NCBI RefSeq assembly: GCF_006345805.1
Contig: NW_021833841.1
Span: forward strand, 1 to 55,119
Origin: Octopus sinensis
Taxonomy: Eukaryota
DNA length: 55,119 nucleotides
Direction: 5' to 3'
Shown here in pieces: positions 37,301-51,180 of this stretch. Under the pieces are notes generated by a model that was not told the DNA's origin, ran no database searches, and saw only the letters and a list, made by a program, of their open reading frames with translations. The translations under genes and the position numbers were made by a program. Position 1 is the first letter of the stretch. Each line of letters begins with the position of its first letter.

Positions 37301-38432
37301 AATATATATATTGATTCAGTACGAATGGTTTATTTTATTTATTTATTTATTTAGTTTTTGTTCTCCCCGTCCCCCCACACCCCACAACACACACGTTCGA
37401 AGTCTATTAATGACCAATTTAAGAGAGTGCTACGCAAAAGGTCAACGATGGAAAAATCTAAGAATAGTGTGCTTGAATGCATTTCTCGTTGCTAATAGCG
37501 ATTAATGAAAGAATTATTCGCAGTGGCTGCTTATTTTGCTTTCTGAATTATATTTTCTACATAAAATTGAACGACGAAATAGCTAGTCAAGTCGAGAGCG
37601 CAATAAAATTGAAATAAAAATTGGAAAAAAAAAAAAAAAACAAAGAAAAGAAAAGACTTGTTATTTTTGTTGTTGCTTGTATAGTTGCTGTTGTTGTTGT
37701 GGATGATGATGATGATGATGATGATATTATTGATGTTGTATAGAGAGAAAATGATTGGTGAGAAGAAGGAGTAGGATGCAGAATGCGGACAAGAATGGGG
37801 ACGATGATAACGATATCGATAATATAATGATAATTCGTTTCTAATCTTGGTACAAGGTCAGTAATTTTGAAGGAAGAGGCAAGTCGATCACACCGACTCC
37901 GGTGCTTGACCGGTAACTGTTATTTTACCGACTCCGAAAGAATTCAAGCGCGTGGCCCAGTGGTTAGTGGTTAAGGTGCTGCATTCACGATCACAAGCTC
38001 GGTGTTTTCGATTTCCTGATAGGGCGGTGCGCGAAATATGCTACTTGTTGTTGTATTTCGTCTTCGGAGAATACTTCCCTCCCATCAGATGAGATGTGTT
38101 CATGTTTAAATTCACGTACACGTTATTATTTAAACCCCAAAGAATTCCTCTTAACACATGGCTATGATGCTCCCCAACTACTTCTGCTCGGGATCAAAGA
38201 TGCACATATCGTCAGCCACCAAGGGATATGCTCAACTGCCTACGGTCAAGCAACTGACAAACAGATCTGTGGTATTGACTAGAATATTTGTTGTAGTCCA
38301 TCTTTTATACCTGGACACAACAAGGTACATAACAACACTTCCAATCAGTTAAGATCAAAAGCCATGAGAACCACTACTTTGTACTGCATAAGGACAATTT
38401 ATTAGCATTGCTATTTTTGTTATTATTATTAT

Positions 38433-38495
<63 letters not shown>

Positions 38496-38541
38496 CCGCA
38501 GCAGTAGCAGCAGTAGCAGCAGCAGCAGCAGCAGTAGTAGT

Positions 38542-38573
<32 letters not shown>

Positions 38574-38583
38574 TAGTAGTAGT

Positions 38584-39150
38584 AAGGCGGCGAACTGGTA
38601 GAATCGTTAGCACACTGGGCCAAATGCTTAGTCACATTTCGTCTGTCTTTAAATTCTGAGTTCAAATTTCACCGAGGTCGACTTTGCCTTTCATCCTCTC
38701 GGAGTCGATAAAATAAGTCCCTGTTGAGCACTGGGGTCCCCCACCCAAATCGCTGGCCTTGTGCCAAAGTTTGAAACCATTATCGTATATAAAGGTGACG
38801 AACTGTCAGAATTTGTAACACGCCGGACAAAACTCTTACCGGAATTTTTTCCAACTCCTTACGTTCTGAGTTCAAATTCCGCCGAGGTCGACTTTGCCTT
38901 TTATCCTTTCGGGGTCGATAAATTGAGTACCAGTTGCGTACTGGGGTCGATCAAATCGACAGCCCCCTCACTCAAAATTTCGGGTCTTGTGCCTATGAGC
39001 GTTACGTTCTGAGTTCATATTCTGCCGAGGTCGACTTTGCCTTTTATCCTTTCGGGGTCGATAAATTAAGTACCAGTTGCGTACTGGGGTCGATCTAATC
39101 GACCGGCCCCCTCCCCCAAAATTTCGGGTCTTGTGCCTAGAGTAGAAGAG
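38584..39150 (+). mobile_element. Cluster of SINE group C copies, including a head + 2x(body+Y) array at about 38800-39150
   Basis: Two bodies share private variants (gccttttatcc, gttgcgtactgg). Confidence 0.8.
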
Positions 39151-39526
39151 AATACTGCTGACTTGGTGCCAAAATTAGAAAACATATTAATGCTCGTTTC
39201 TTACCACCACAATAGAAGTGGGATTTCTGGATATTTAAAGATCCATTTGTTTAGAAACTTCTGAAGAAACTCCTCATTTTTTCGTCGTGACTAACTGGCA
39301 ACGTAATAAGAATGTTGATTAGAATGCATCGCGTAATATTTTATTCCGAATCTTTGAGTTATGAATTCAAACCCTGCTGAAATCAACTTCACCTTTCATA
39401 TTTTCGAGATCGATAATTTTTTAGTTAGCAATGTAACGGAAAAAGGGAAAAGATAAGTCAATGAGGTGAAGGATCCTCTGCATGATTGTTCGGCCATCGC
39501 AAAATAGCACAAATAGTTTTCCTTGG

Positions 39527-39745
39527 CCCTTTAGCATTCAGATTATTCTGTCAAATGTAATGCTTAATTATTCGCATTGTTTTAAATTAATTTTGCATTA
39601 TTTCATAGCTTTGAGATTTTGATGATATAATTGCTTATTTTTAGAATTACATTATAAGGTAGATGCGAGAGGCTCGATTTGGTTACTTGAACATAAAACA
39701 GAAAGAATTTTTCGGCCTGATATGGCCAGTTTGAATGTTCAAGGG
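39527..39745. mobile_element. piggyBac-like MITE
   Basis: Imperfect TIRs ccctttagcattca / tgaatgttcaaggg; TTAA at 39746-39749; the left site is degenerate (ttgg). Confidence 0.6.
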
Positions 39746-39889
39746 TTAAATCAGGGTTTCTGAAACTAATAAGTGCCACGTCTCCTACGGGGGAAAAAAA
39801 CCGAAAGATTTTGCCCCTCCCACAACGTGTGAGTTTATTAACGAGAATACAAGATTGAATTTATTTCCCTACAATTCTTCTATTTTGAC

Positions 39890-40585
39890 CAGTGGCAGCT
39901 CGCGTATAGGCACTACGGAACTGCAGCACCCCCTATTTCCACTCGATATTATCGATAACATTCAATATAACGAGTCCTTTCTTCTTTAATTCTTTCTTTA
40001 TACTTGTACATTATATAATCCTTAAGCTTAATGTCAGTAGCCATCCCCTACTTTATGAAAAAAATACAAAAATCCTTGAATAGAATTGTGCCCTTCACAG
40101 TTCCAGCGACACAGTGTTTGGCTGTTGTGCGCATGCTTACATGTCCGAGATAGGAAACTTCACACTAGGGAGAGAGAGCACAGCGTGAAGGACAGTGCCG
40201 GATGAAAGGTAGTGTTTCCTTTTGACTCCACGTGTGTTGTGCTTAAAAACGTGTTTATATTATTGAATGTAATAAAGCGTAGAATTAAATTATTATCCTG
40301 CTTCCAGATTCAGTGTTTCGGCCAGGATTTGAAAAATAGGGCACATTCCCCCACCCCACTTATTTTGTGATTATGGGGGATTTTTGAAGAACAAGAGGGA
40401 ATTTGCAGCGTTGTTCTGTGAACAAATTAAACACACTACCCGGCAGTAACTAAAACGCGAACCGATCAAGTTTATGTGTGAATTTTCTTTTTATATGTTT
40501 GTTTCCTTTTACATAATATTAAAGCAACGGCTAAAAATTTTCTGAAGCAACAATCCCAACTAATTTTATCTACGAGCCACCACTG
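39890..40585. mobile_element. Non-autonomous hAT-like DNA transposon
   Basis: TIR cagtggcagctcg / cgagccaccactg (2 mismatches); 8-bp TSD attttgac (39882-39889) and gttttgac (40586-40593). Confidence 0.75.
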
Positions 40586-40694
40586 GTTTTGACATCGTTT
40601 TAGGCAAGTATAATTAGTTGAAAACCCTCTTAAATATTTTCAAACATGAGAATTCGCCTACCCTTTGTTTTCGACTCCCCATAGAAAAAGAACG

Positions 40695-40930
40695 AAGGCG
40701 GCGAGCTGGCAGAAACGTTAGCGCGCCGGGTGAAATGCTTAGCGGTATTTCGTCTGCCGTTACGTTCGGAGTTCAAATTCCGCCGAGGTCGACTTTGCCT
40801 TTCATCATTTCGGGGTCAATAAATTAAGTACTAGTTACGCACTGGGGTCGATCTAATCGACTTAATCCGTTTGTCTGTCCTTGCTTGTCCTCTCTGTGTT
40901 TAGCCCCTTCTGGGTAGTAATGAAATAGGG
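40695..40930 (+). mobile_element. SINE group C (head + body + tail X)
   Basis: Colinear with the first unit of the 15163 array. Confidence 0.85.
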
Positions 40931-42164
40931 ATTTGCTTTACTCTGTAACTTACCCTCATATAGACAATAGGATAAGTCAAAATGTAATGCCAATGAAATT
41001 TGCATTACATTTTGACTCTTCTTTGTTTCTGCCAGCTCGCCGCTTATGTGCTGGATATTATCAAAGAACGACAGATTGGTATTGACTAATGTTTTTGCCC
41101 CTTTAAGGGTGGCACGCTGACAGAATCGTTATCACGCCGGGCATAATGCTTAAGAGACATTTCGTCTCTCTTTATGTTCTGTGTTTAAATTCCACCGAGT
41201 CCAACATTGCCTTTCATCCTTTCGGAATCGATTAAGTACCAGTTATGTACTGGAGTTGATGTAATCGACTTGCCGCCCCACCCCAACCTTCCGAAGTTGC
41301 TGATCTTGTGCCTAAATTTGAAACCAATATTTCGCTATTTTTCTTATTAATTTCTTCTAACCCCTTCCGCCCCGACATGGCCGGGACACCATAGGTAAGA
41401 GTTGACTCGATCAGTTACAACCAAGGACTTAACAAAACTAACAAACTTGACAAACAGCGATGTGCCGCTATGTGTTCGCTCGATCAACTAGAAATAGCAA
41501 CCAAATCTACCCCAAGCCATATCTTACCCTAGTCCTCCACTCGAAAGAAAAGCTGATCGCGGCTAGAATATCTTTGATCATAGGTCCGCCGTGATCAAAG
41601 TGGCTAAACTATGGGCAAAGTGGCTAAACAACTATAGGTGTACTCTTGTTGTGGCGATAGTCGTTGTTGATGCTATTGATGTTGTATTTGTCGTCGTTTA
41701 GACTCGGGTGAGCTCTCATCAGGTGAATCTATGAACATAAACATCCTATCCTTGATCATCCGATATTTTTGTATCGCTAAACGCATTTACATTCTCCAAT
41801 ACGCTCCCTGCCACTTTATGGTGTGATGCGAAGAGAATTCGACTTGTTTTTAGATGATGGAATGACTTGATTGGTAGAAGTTCTGGTGTTGGATGGTGCC
41901 GTAAGAGAAATACTTGCTGACAACGTAGTAGTAGTAGTAGTAGTAGTAGTTATTGTTGCTGTTGTTGCTGTTATTGTTGTTGTTGTTGTTCTTCTTCTTC
42001 TTCTTCTTCTTCTCCTCCTCCTCCTTCTCGTGAATGAATTAAACATCTTTACTCCTTTTAAGTATCTCAATTTAGTCTGTTTTTAATATAAACATCAATT
42101 GAAAGGAAACACATTTTACTCGCAGCACACAAAGTTAATCAGTGAGAACTAAAAGAACAAGGAA

Positions 42165-42213
<49 letters not shown>

Positions 42214-42856
42214 AGGTAGAGGAAGAGAGGGAGATAGGGAGGAGAAATGGAAAAAAGAAAGAGAGTGAAAGTGGTGAAACATTCATTTAAAAGTGCAAGT
42301 TTGAACGCAACGTAACGGCAACATGCTCATTATCTTACGCATGCAGTGTCTGTCCCTTATCACCTGCCTACATTAAGTAAACCACGTCTCCCTTCTTTTC
42401 CCCACGGTACCCAACTTTTCTAGGGATTAAGTAAAAAAAAAAGCAAAGGATTGAATTAACATTGTAAATGCTTCGTCTACTGTTGCTGGTAAAATTCGTT
42501 GCGCTGTGTGAAATGGAGACAGGGGTTCCACGTCGAGGCAGTTCTGATTGGGAACGGCTGAGAAGCAGCGACGGGCGTGTGTGTGTGCGCGTGTTAAGAG
42601 ACGGGCGTGAGGCAGCAACGGGGCGGTAGCGAAGAGATTTGTGAACCGGCTGTGAGGTGGCTGCAAGGCAACTGCGAGGCGGTAACAACGGTTGGAGAGG
42701 CGGGCTGTTAAACTGAATCCGAGGATGGCAACGTTCAACAAAAATCTTGTTAGCTATCGACTTTAAATGACAGGCGTCTTCAATTACATATTTTTTACAC
42801 TTCTTGTTTTTCCATTTATTATTTCTCTTCTATTTCTCTTTCTGTCTCTCCCCTCC

Positions 42857-42857
<1 letters not shown>

Positions 42858-42946
<89 letters not shown>

Positions 42947-43095
42947 ATCTGTCTGTCTGTCTGTCTGTTTGTCAGTCTGCCTAACAGGCGTCTTCAAGTG
43001 TTCTTTATTCTTTTTTTTTTACTTCTTATTGTTCTTCTGTTTCTTTCTGTCTCCCTTTCTTTATCCTTACCTGTCTGACCATCTCTTTCCCTTTC

Positions 43096-43134
<39 letters not shown>

Positions 43135-43248
43135 ATCTATCTATCTGTCTATCTATCTGTCCGTCTATCTAGCTATCTATCTATCTATCTGTCTGTCTGT
43201 CTATCTATCTATCAATCTCTCTCTCTCTCTATCTATCTATCTATCAAT

Positions 43249-43282
<34 letters not shown>

Positions 43283-43290
43283 CTATCTGT

Positions 43291-43360
<70 letters not shown>

Positions 43361-43411
43361 GTTTGTCTATCTATCTATCAATCTCTCTCTCTCTCTCTAT
43401 CTATCTATCAA

Positions 43412-43468
<57 letters not shown>

Positions 43469-43477
43469 CTCTTACTT

Positions 43478-43516
<39 letters not shown>

Positions 43517-43715
43517 CTATTTGTCTATCTGTCCGTCTGCTTGCATATGTCAATAGATTTCTCTCTCCGCCCTCTGTCCCTATTTTCTCCTTACTCTCTC
43601 CCTACTCATCTCCCTCGCTCTCCTCTTTTCTCTTTCTCTCGCTCTCCCCTTTCTCTCTCTCTCTCTCTTCCTACCTCTTATTCTCTCCTTTCCCCCTACT
43701 CTCTCTCTCTCTCTC

Positions 43716-43755
<40 letters not shown>
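42858..43755. repeat. Compound (CTAT)n/(CT)n/(CTGT)n tract
   Basis: Directly visible. Confidence 0.9.
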
Positions 43756-43757
<2 letters not shown>

Positions 43758-44274
43758 AATCTGCTCAACATCAAGGCGATAAGAGAAGGAGAGAGAGAGC
43801 TAAGAGCTGCGAATAATCCTATTCGATTATTTTGATTGTGGCGGTCATATTTGTGGCAGGGACAGTTCTCGTGGGAATAAGGGTTATGGCACAAGAATCG
43901 AGTGTGGCGGGAAATGATGCAAGCATCGGGGAATAAAGCTGATACGGCAAGAATAGGATGCGGTGACGACAAAGGCAGCGTAAAAGTAATTAGATGGTTA
44001 AGTTAGATAAAGTCTGACACACTAACAACAAAATCTTAAAAACAAATACAATCTGGTTCGCTGAATGAATAATAATATTGAATAGCAAAGCATTCACGGC
44101 CTCCCTACCAACCCTATACACACCATTACTATCTATAGCTATCTATCGCAAACACTACCACTACCACTACCACTTCTACTATCACTACCACTACTACCAC
44201 CAGCAACGATATCATAACAATCGAAAGAAACCAACATGGCCGCTACCAGTAACATTTTTAATATCCTTTCCTTC

Positions 44275-45036
44275 TACAGACACAAGGCCTGAAATTTTTG
44301 TGGGGAGGAGGATAGTCGATAATATCGACCCCAGTACGTAACTGGTATTTAATTTATCGACCCCAAAAGGATGAAAGGCAAAGTCGACTTCGGCGGAATT
44401 TGAACTCAGAACGTAGCGGCAGACGAAATACCTATTTTTTTACTACCCACAAGGGGCTAAACACAGAGAGGACAAACAAGGACAGACAAACGGATTAAGT
44501 CGATTATATCGACCCCAGTGCGTAACTGGTACTTATTTTAATCGACCCCGAAAGGATGAAAGGCAAAGTCGACTTCGGCGGAATTTGAACTCAGAACGTA
44601 GCGGCCGACGAAATACCTATTTTTTTTACTACCCACAAGGGGCTAAACACAGAGAGGACAAACAAGGACAGACAAACGGATTAAGTCGATTATATCGACC
44701 CCAGTGCGTAACTGGTACTTATTTTAATCGACCCGGAAAGGATGAAAGGCAAAGTCGACTTCGGCGGAATTTGAACTCCGAACGTAGCAGCAGCCGAAAT
44801 ACCTCTTTCTTTACTACCCACAAGGGGTTAAACACAGAGAGGACAAACAAGGACAGACAAACGGATTAAGCCGATTATATCGACCCCAGTGCGTAACTGG
44901 TACTTATTTAATCGACCCCGAAAGCATGAAAGGCAAAGTCGTCCTCGGCGGAATTTGAACTCAGAACGTAGTGGTAGGCGAAATACCGCTAAGTATTTCG
45001 CCCGGCGTGCTAACTTTTCTGCCAGCTCGCCGCCTT
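44275..45036 (-). mobile_element. SINE group C array: head + 3x(body+X) + body+Y, period 184-186 bp
   Basis: cgaaatacc at 44424, 44609, 44795 and 44979. Confidence 0.9.
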
Positions 45037-45402
45037 ACTAGAATTTTAATATCAGTCTATATTAACGAAGTGACTTGGCGGAATCTTTAGCACGCTCGGC
45101 GAAATGCTTGGCAGTATTTCGTTCGTCTTGATTTTCTAATTTCAAACACCGCCGAGGTAAACTTTTTTTTTTGTATCCTTTCGGAATCGATAAAATAAGT
45201 ACCAATTGAGCATGGTACTTATATTATCGATTTTCCCTCTCTCCCGAAATTGTTGACCTCGAGCCAAAATTTGTAAACAATAACATAGTCTATATACATT
45301 ATGTCTGCCAGAAAGACGATATGGTCACAACTGGAGTACCTTTCATCATAAATCTGTTGAATCAGAGCTGATCTGGGTACCATCATTATTATTTCAATGT
45401 AC

Positions 45403-45735
45403 ACCGGCTTGGCTCAGTGGTTAGAGCGTCGAGCTTACGATCATGAGATTGTGAGTTCAATTCCCGGACGGGGCTGCGTGTTGTGTTCTTGAGCAAGACA
45501 CTTTATTTCGCGTTGCTCCAGTTAACTCAGCTATAGAAATGAGTTGCGACATCACTGGTGCCAAGCTGTATCGGCCCCTTTGCCTTTCCCTTGGATAACA
45601 TCAGTGGTGTGGAGAAGGGAGGCTGGTATGCATGGGCGACTGTTGGTCTTCCATAAACAACCTTGCCTGGAATTGTGCCTGGAGGGTAACTTTCTAGGTG
45701 CAATCCCATGGTCATTCATGATCGAAGGGGATCTC
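45403..45735 (+). mobile_element. SINE head B + tail 4
   Basis: A box ggctcagtggttagag, B box gagttcaattcc; core shared with 33963-34100. Confidence 0.8.
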
Positions 45736-46144
45736 CTCCTACACCGGCAATGAACCTGCTGTAAACAGTAGCCAAATTTCCCTCATATCACACTTCAAAT
45801 TTCAAAATAAAGAAAAGGTACGTTAAATTTGGTAGTTCTAGATAACCCAAAAAAGATGGGACGGTCATAGTCGGCGTCCCTTTAACCATATGTTTGCTCA
45901 ATCAAGGTTGACCTGGAGATAAACATTACAACAATATAATCGATAGTACACCTAGAAATAGCAGCCAAAATCTTCCTTGCTTCAGACTTTACCGTCTTAA
46001 AAAAATTAGTTACAGCTGGAAGGTCATTGATTCATTGATCGTGGGCTCAATATCATCTTCAACAACACACCACGGTTTCCGGCCCAGGAGAAAACCACTG
46101 GTCACATTAAGATACTGACATTTTAAATTTCCCATAATGGTTTT

Positions 46145-46345
46145 AGATTTTGGCACGGGGCCAGCAGTTTTTGAGAAGAGGAGGAAGTCGATTACATCGA
46201 CCCCAGTTATCACCAGGTACTTGTTTTATCGACCCCGAAAAGATCAAGTTGACCTCGATGGAATTTGAAATCGGAACGTAAAGACAGACGAAACGTCGCT
46301 GAACATTTTGCCCGGTGCGCTAACATTCTGCCAGTTCGCCGCCTT
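46145..46345 (-). mobile_element. SINE group C, diverged
   Basis: Similar to the other group C copies. Confidence 0.7.
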
Positions 46346-46774
46346 AAATTCCTATAATACTCGTAAAACATTATCTCTACCAACGTCTGAAGTTTTCTTT
46401 TTCCTAACGATAGCGATACTATAAAGTAACATGCTATACTGTACTACACATACATGCCAATATATGCATGAGAATACATACATGAAACATACAAATCTAT
46501 ATGTATGAGGACTCATGAAAAACGAACCTCCACCAACTATTCTGCCTATATATCTATGCACACCTTTCAATGCCGTGTATGCCATAAGGTCTGCAATTCT
46601 AACGGAGGCCTCAAAAGACATTTTAAGACACAAAGATCAGAAATTAACTGCAGTTCTTGGTAGTCCGTATCGCTTATGTGAGTGTCTTTTCAATACATCG
46701 TCTGGTTTAAAAAGCCACATCGGACGCCATGATGAATTTAAGGTGTAGGTACAAGAGTTAGTCAAATTCATAAG

Positions 46775-47090
46775 TGTGTATGTATGTATGTACGTATGTA
46801 TGTATGTGTGTATGTATGTATGTATGTATGTATGTATGTATGTATGTATGTATGTACATATGTATATATGTATGTATGTATGTACGTACCTACTTATGTA
46901 TGTATGTACGTACATACGTATGTATGTATGTTTGTATATATGTATGTATGTACCTACTTATGTATGTATGTTCGTACGTATGTATGTATGTACATATGTA
47001 TATATGTATGTATCTACGTACCTACGTATGTATGTATTACGTACGTACGTATGTATGTCCGCATGTATGCATGTAATGCATGGATGTATG
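46775..47090. repeat. (TATG)n microsatellite
   Basis: Directly visible. Confidence 0.95.
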
Positions 47091-47097
47091 TATGCAT

Positions 47098-47515
47098 TCT
47101 TTTATTATTTTACTTGTTCCAGTCATTTGACTGCGGCCATGCTAAAGCACCGCCTTGAAGGGTTTTAGTCGAAGAAATCGACTCCAGGACTTATCCTTTG
47201 TAAGCCTAGTACTAATTCTATCGGACTCCTTTGCCGAGCCACTAAGTTACAGAGACATAAACACACCAGCATTAGTTGTCAAGCGATTGTGGTGGGACTA
47301 ACACAGACAGACACACACACACACACATACACACAAATATATATATACATGTATACATATATACGGCGAGCTTCTTCCAGTTTCCGGCTACCAAATCCAC
47401 TCACAAGGCTTTAGTCGGCCCGAGGCTATAGTAGAAGGCACTTGACCAAGGTGCCACGCAGTGGGACCGAACCTGGAACCATATGGTTGGGAAGTAAGCT
47501 CCTTACCACACAGCC
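47098..47515 (-). mobile_element. SINE group D
   Basis: Reverse complement colinear with 12496-12890. Confidence 0.85.
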
Positions 47516-47569
47516 ATGTATATATGTACGTACGAACGCATATGTGTATGCATGCAAGCATGAATGTAT

Positions 47570-47765
47570 ATATATCGTTAGCTCCTACGCGCATTTTTTC
47601 TCTCCTTGTTTCTCTCCTTGTTTTTTTCTGTGTATCTTTCTGTCGAAGAGCGTAGGCTCGAAACGTAAAATACTTTTTCTATTCCTGCGCGCTATACTAA
47701 TACATTTGTTTGTTTGTACTCCACCTGCCATCGTCTTTTGTTTATTTTCGTAAACTTTCCCTTTA
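47570..47765 (+). mobile_element. Probable Penelope-like terminal repeat with variant hammerhead-like motif (47632-47673)
   Basis: cttt CTGTCGA a gagc gtag gctc GAA acgt A aaa; second copy at 33035-33160. Confidence 0.55.
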
Positions 47766-47896
47766 TATATATATCGAACACACAAGTGCAAACAAGGGAG
47801 TCAGAGAAAGGCAGAATGCCACTTATATCTGAACACTATACAAATATTCCTTTAAAAAAACTTTTCTTCTAATTTTTCTAAATTTAATTATTTAAT

Positions 47897-47944
47897 CGTT
47901 ACAGTTGAAAAGGTCTCAAAATGACCGAAACCGGTACTGAAATG
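47897..47944 (+). ncRNA. Minimal type-I hammerhead ribozyme motif, U3-A8 core variant
   Basis: cag TTGAAAA ggtc tcaaaat gacc GAA accggt A ctg: stems I and II pair, and stem III is a palindrome. Confidence 0.65.
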
Positions 47945-47987
47945 TTCTTTATAAAATTATTTTAGCATTTTCTATTTTGACTTGTTT

Positions 47988-48029
<42 letters not shown>

Positions 48030-48046
48030 TATATATATATAATATA

Positions 48047-48082
<36 letters not shown>

Positions 48083-49518
48083 TGTATGTATGTATGTATG
48101 TATGTATATACGTGTGTGCACGCACGTGTCAGTATGATTATTTTTTTTTTTTAGATTCAGTGAAAGAGTGAATTACTTGGTTTATCAATTAAGAGAAGGC
48201 GAATTGAGGCGATTGACATAAACACCTATAGTTTATGGCCTTATTAAAACTGTCTGTTTTCAATGTATCAAAAATATGTTTTTAGTACAATGACCTGTGT
48301 GTTCATTTTTTGAGCCTCTGCATATGTATGTATAACCATATATGCACATATATATGCACGTATACCCTTATGTTAGTAAGCATCCAAATGTGTGTATGTA
48401 TGTCATTTGTAGGTGGAGAATCACAACTATTCCCGCCTATGCTAATTTATTTTAACCTGTCAGTTTGTCTGTCTGTCCATCCCTCGTTCTACCACAGATT
48501 GACTTAAATATTCCAATGCTTACGATTAGCTGTAATTATATGTGTACATGCGATTATCAATATAAAGCCATGTAATTATATATGCGTATGTAAGTGTGCG
48601 TTTGTGTTCTGTGTGGGTGTTGGAGGTATGGCGTGTTTGATGGAAAGCATATGCGTGTGGGAGCTTTGGATTTCTGTCCCTCTTTCCTTTGCTCCCTGAT
48701 AATTACTCTCTCCCTTTTCGTGTGTACGTATACACATACATACATACATACATACATACATACATACATACATACATAAATGCAAAAATACATATTGTAC
48801 ACATAAAGAGAGAGAGCCAGAACGAAGAAAGAAAGCTAGATACGTAAGCACACAGATGTATGCATGCAACACACACACACACACACACACACATACAACA
48901 TATATACACCTATAGTGATATACATATATGTGCGCATGCTTTTGTATACATCTATGTGTATATTTGCATACAAGTGTGGTAACTCTTGCGCGCACGCTTC
49001 TGTGCATGTGAAAATGTAGAGAAGTGCGCGCGCACATGCATGTGTGTATGCGTATTCTTTCGTTTAATATTTCAATATTTCGATTTATTTTTTTACTCTT
49101 TTTTATTTATTGTTTTAATTTTTTTCTTTATACTTTTAATATTTCTCGTTTATTATTATTATTATTATTATTATTATTTATTTTATTTTTTTTTAAAGTT
49201 AAGGTAATTAAAGTTTTGATTTTTATGCAAACAGCCCTTTCAGTTAGGAATTGCCAAGGGACCGAAAAGGCAGCACTTCCGTATGGTGTAAATTGAACAA
49301 TTTCACAGTATTTCTGAATTAATTAAGATTCGTTGAAAATCTGGTAATTCTATATGCATATTCTATTTTATGAATTGCAAATCGCTTTTAATATCATTTT
49401 TACGGGAAGTTTACAGAATAATATAGAGCGGACATTTTTGCGAAAGAAATACACATACACACACACACACAAATAAACATATGCATACACGCACGCACAT
49501 GAATACACACATAGAAAC

Positions 49519-49572
<54 letters not shown>

Positions 49573-49994
49573 CCTATCTATCTATCTATCTATCTCCCTC
49601 TCCCGCACATGTATAGAAAACATGTATACATACAAGCATACATGCATATATGCGTACATATGGACGCAGCCATGAGCACACATACACACACATTCTCAAA
49701 CATATATGTATACACATGCATAGGTGTAAACGGATACACAAACCTATACACATATATGAATACATACAAACATACATGCATTCTTGCATACATATAGACA
49801 CAATCACTGGTACACTGACATACATACATACATACACATACATACATACATACATACATACATACATACATACATACATACATACATACAAGCAAACACG
49901 TAAAATCATACACATACACTCATCTGAACGCGTACATACACATTCGAGCATATACACGCACGTAGAGATAACCCGCCCCTAAAATCAACCCTCA

Positions 49995-50043
<49 letters not shown>

Positions 50044-51180
50044 TCAATATCGTCACTACTATCACTACTGCTGCTGCTGCTGCTGCCGCTGCCGCTGCTA
50101 CCGGTATCTAAATTAGCAATATAACAACATAAACTTACATAAAAAAGTAAATAACGAAAATAAACATAAAAAGAAGAGTGAGGTGATTTCACAGTGTTCC
50201 TCTTCTATGATTATTTGGTGTTTAACACAAAGGTGTATGCATGTGAGTGTACATACACGTTTGTGTGTGCGTATATGTATGTACGTACGTATGTATGTGT
50301 GTATATATATATATATATATGAGTGTGTACGTACGTATGTATGTATATACATACATATACAGTCACATGAAGTACATTACATTGCATTGAATTATATGTG
50401 TATATACACATGCGTATAAACATACACACACACACGAACACACATATATACGGCTCCTCTATTGATGCTTTTTGTGGTGGTGGTGGTGGTGGTGGTGGTG
50501 GTGGCGGTGGTGGTGGCGGTGGTGGTGGCGGTGGTGGTGGCGGTGGTAGTAGTGGCCGCCATCTTTGTTAATGGCGTAGATTTTCTGGTGATGCTGTTGA
50601 TATTGTTTTTCGTTTTCGTTTACGGGTGTTGTCTGCGCCATTGAATTTTTTTCATCGTTGATGTGTTCCTCTTCTTCTTCTTCTTCTTCTTCTTCTTCTT
50701 CCTTCTCCTCCTCCTCCTCCTCTTCTTCTTCTTCCTCCTCCTCCTCCTTTTTCTTCTCTTTTCTTCTTAATTTTCTCCATTGTTGTTCGTACAATTAATT
50801 CATATATTGTACTTTACGTTATTGTTGTTGTTATTATTATTATTATTATTATCATTATTATTATTATCAATATTATTATATTGTTGTTGCGAGGTGGAGA
50901 GCTAGCAGAATCATCATGGCACGTCGGACAAAATTCTTTGAAGTATTTCGAATTCCGCTGAGGTCATCTTTGCTTTTCATCCTTTCGGGGGACAATAAAA
51001 TAAAATACCTGTGAAGCACTGGGGTCGTTGCAATCGGCTTATCCCCTCCCCTTAAATTAATGGCGCCGTATCAAAATTAGGAAAAAATATCTTATTGGCG
51101 TTGCTGTTGTTCTTCATGGCATTGCTGTCGACGAAGTTGTCAATATTATTGCTGTCACTGCTTTTGTAGATGTTGCTGCT

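Noticed and set aside
41690-41724. Minus-strand CTGATGA..stem..TAAAC as a hammerhead
   Set aside because: G12 is absent, and stems I and III do not form.
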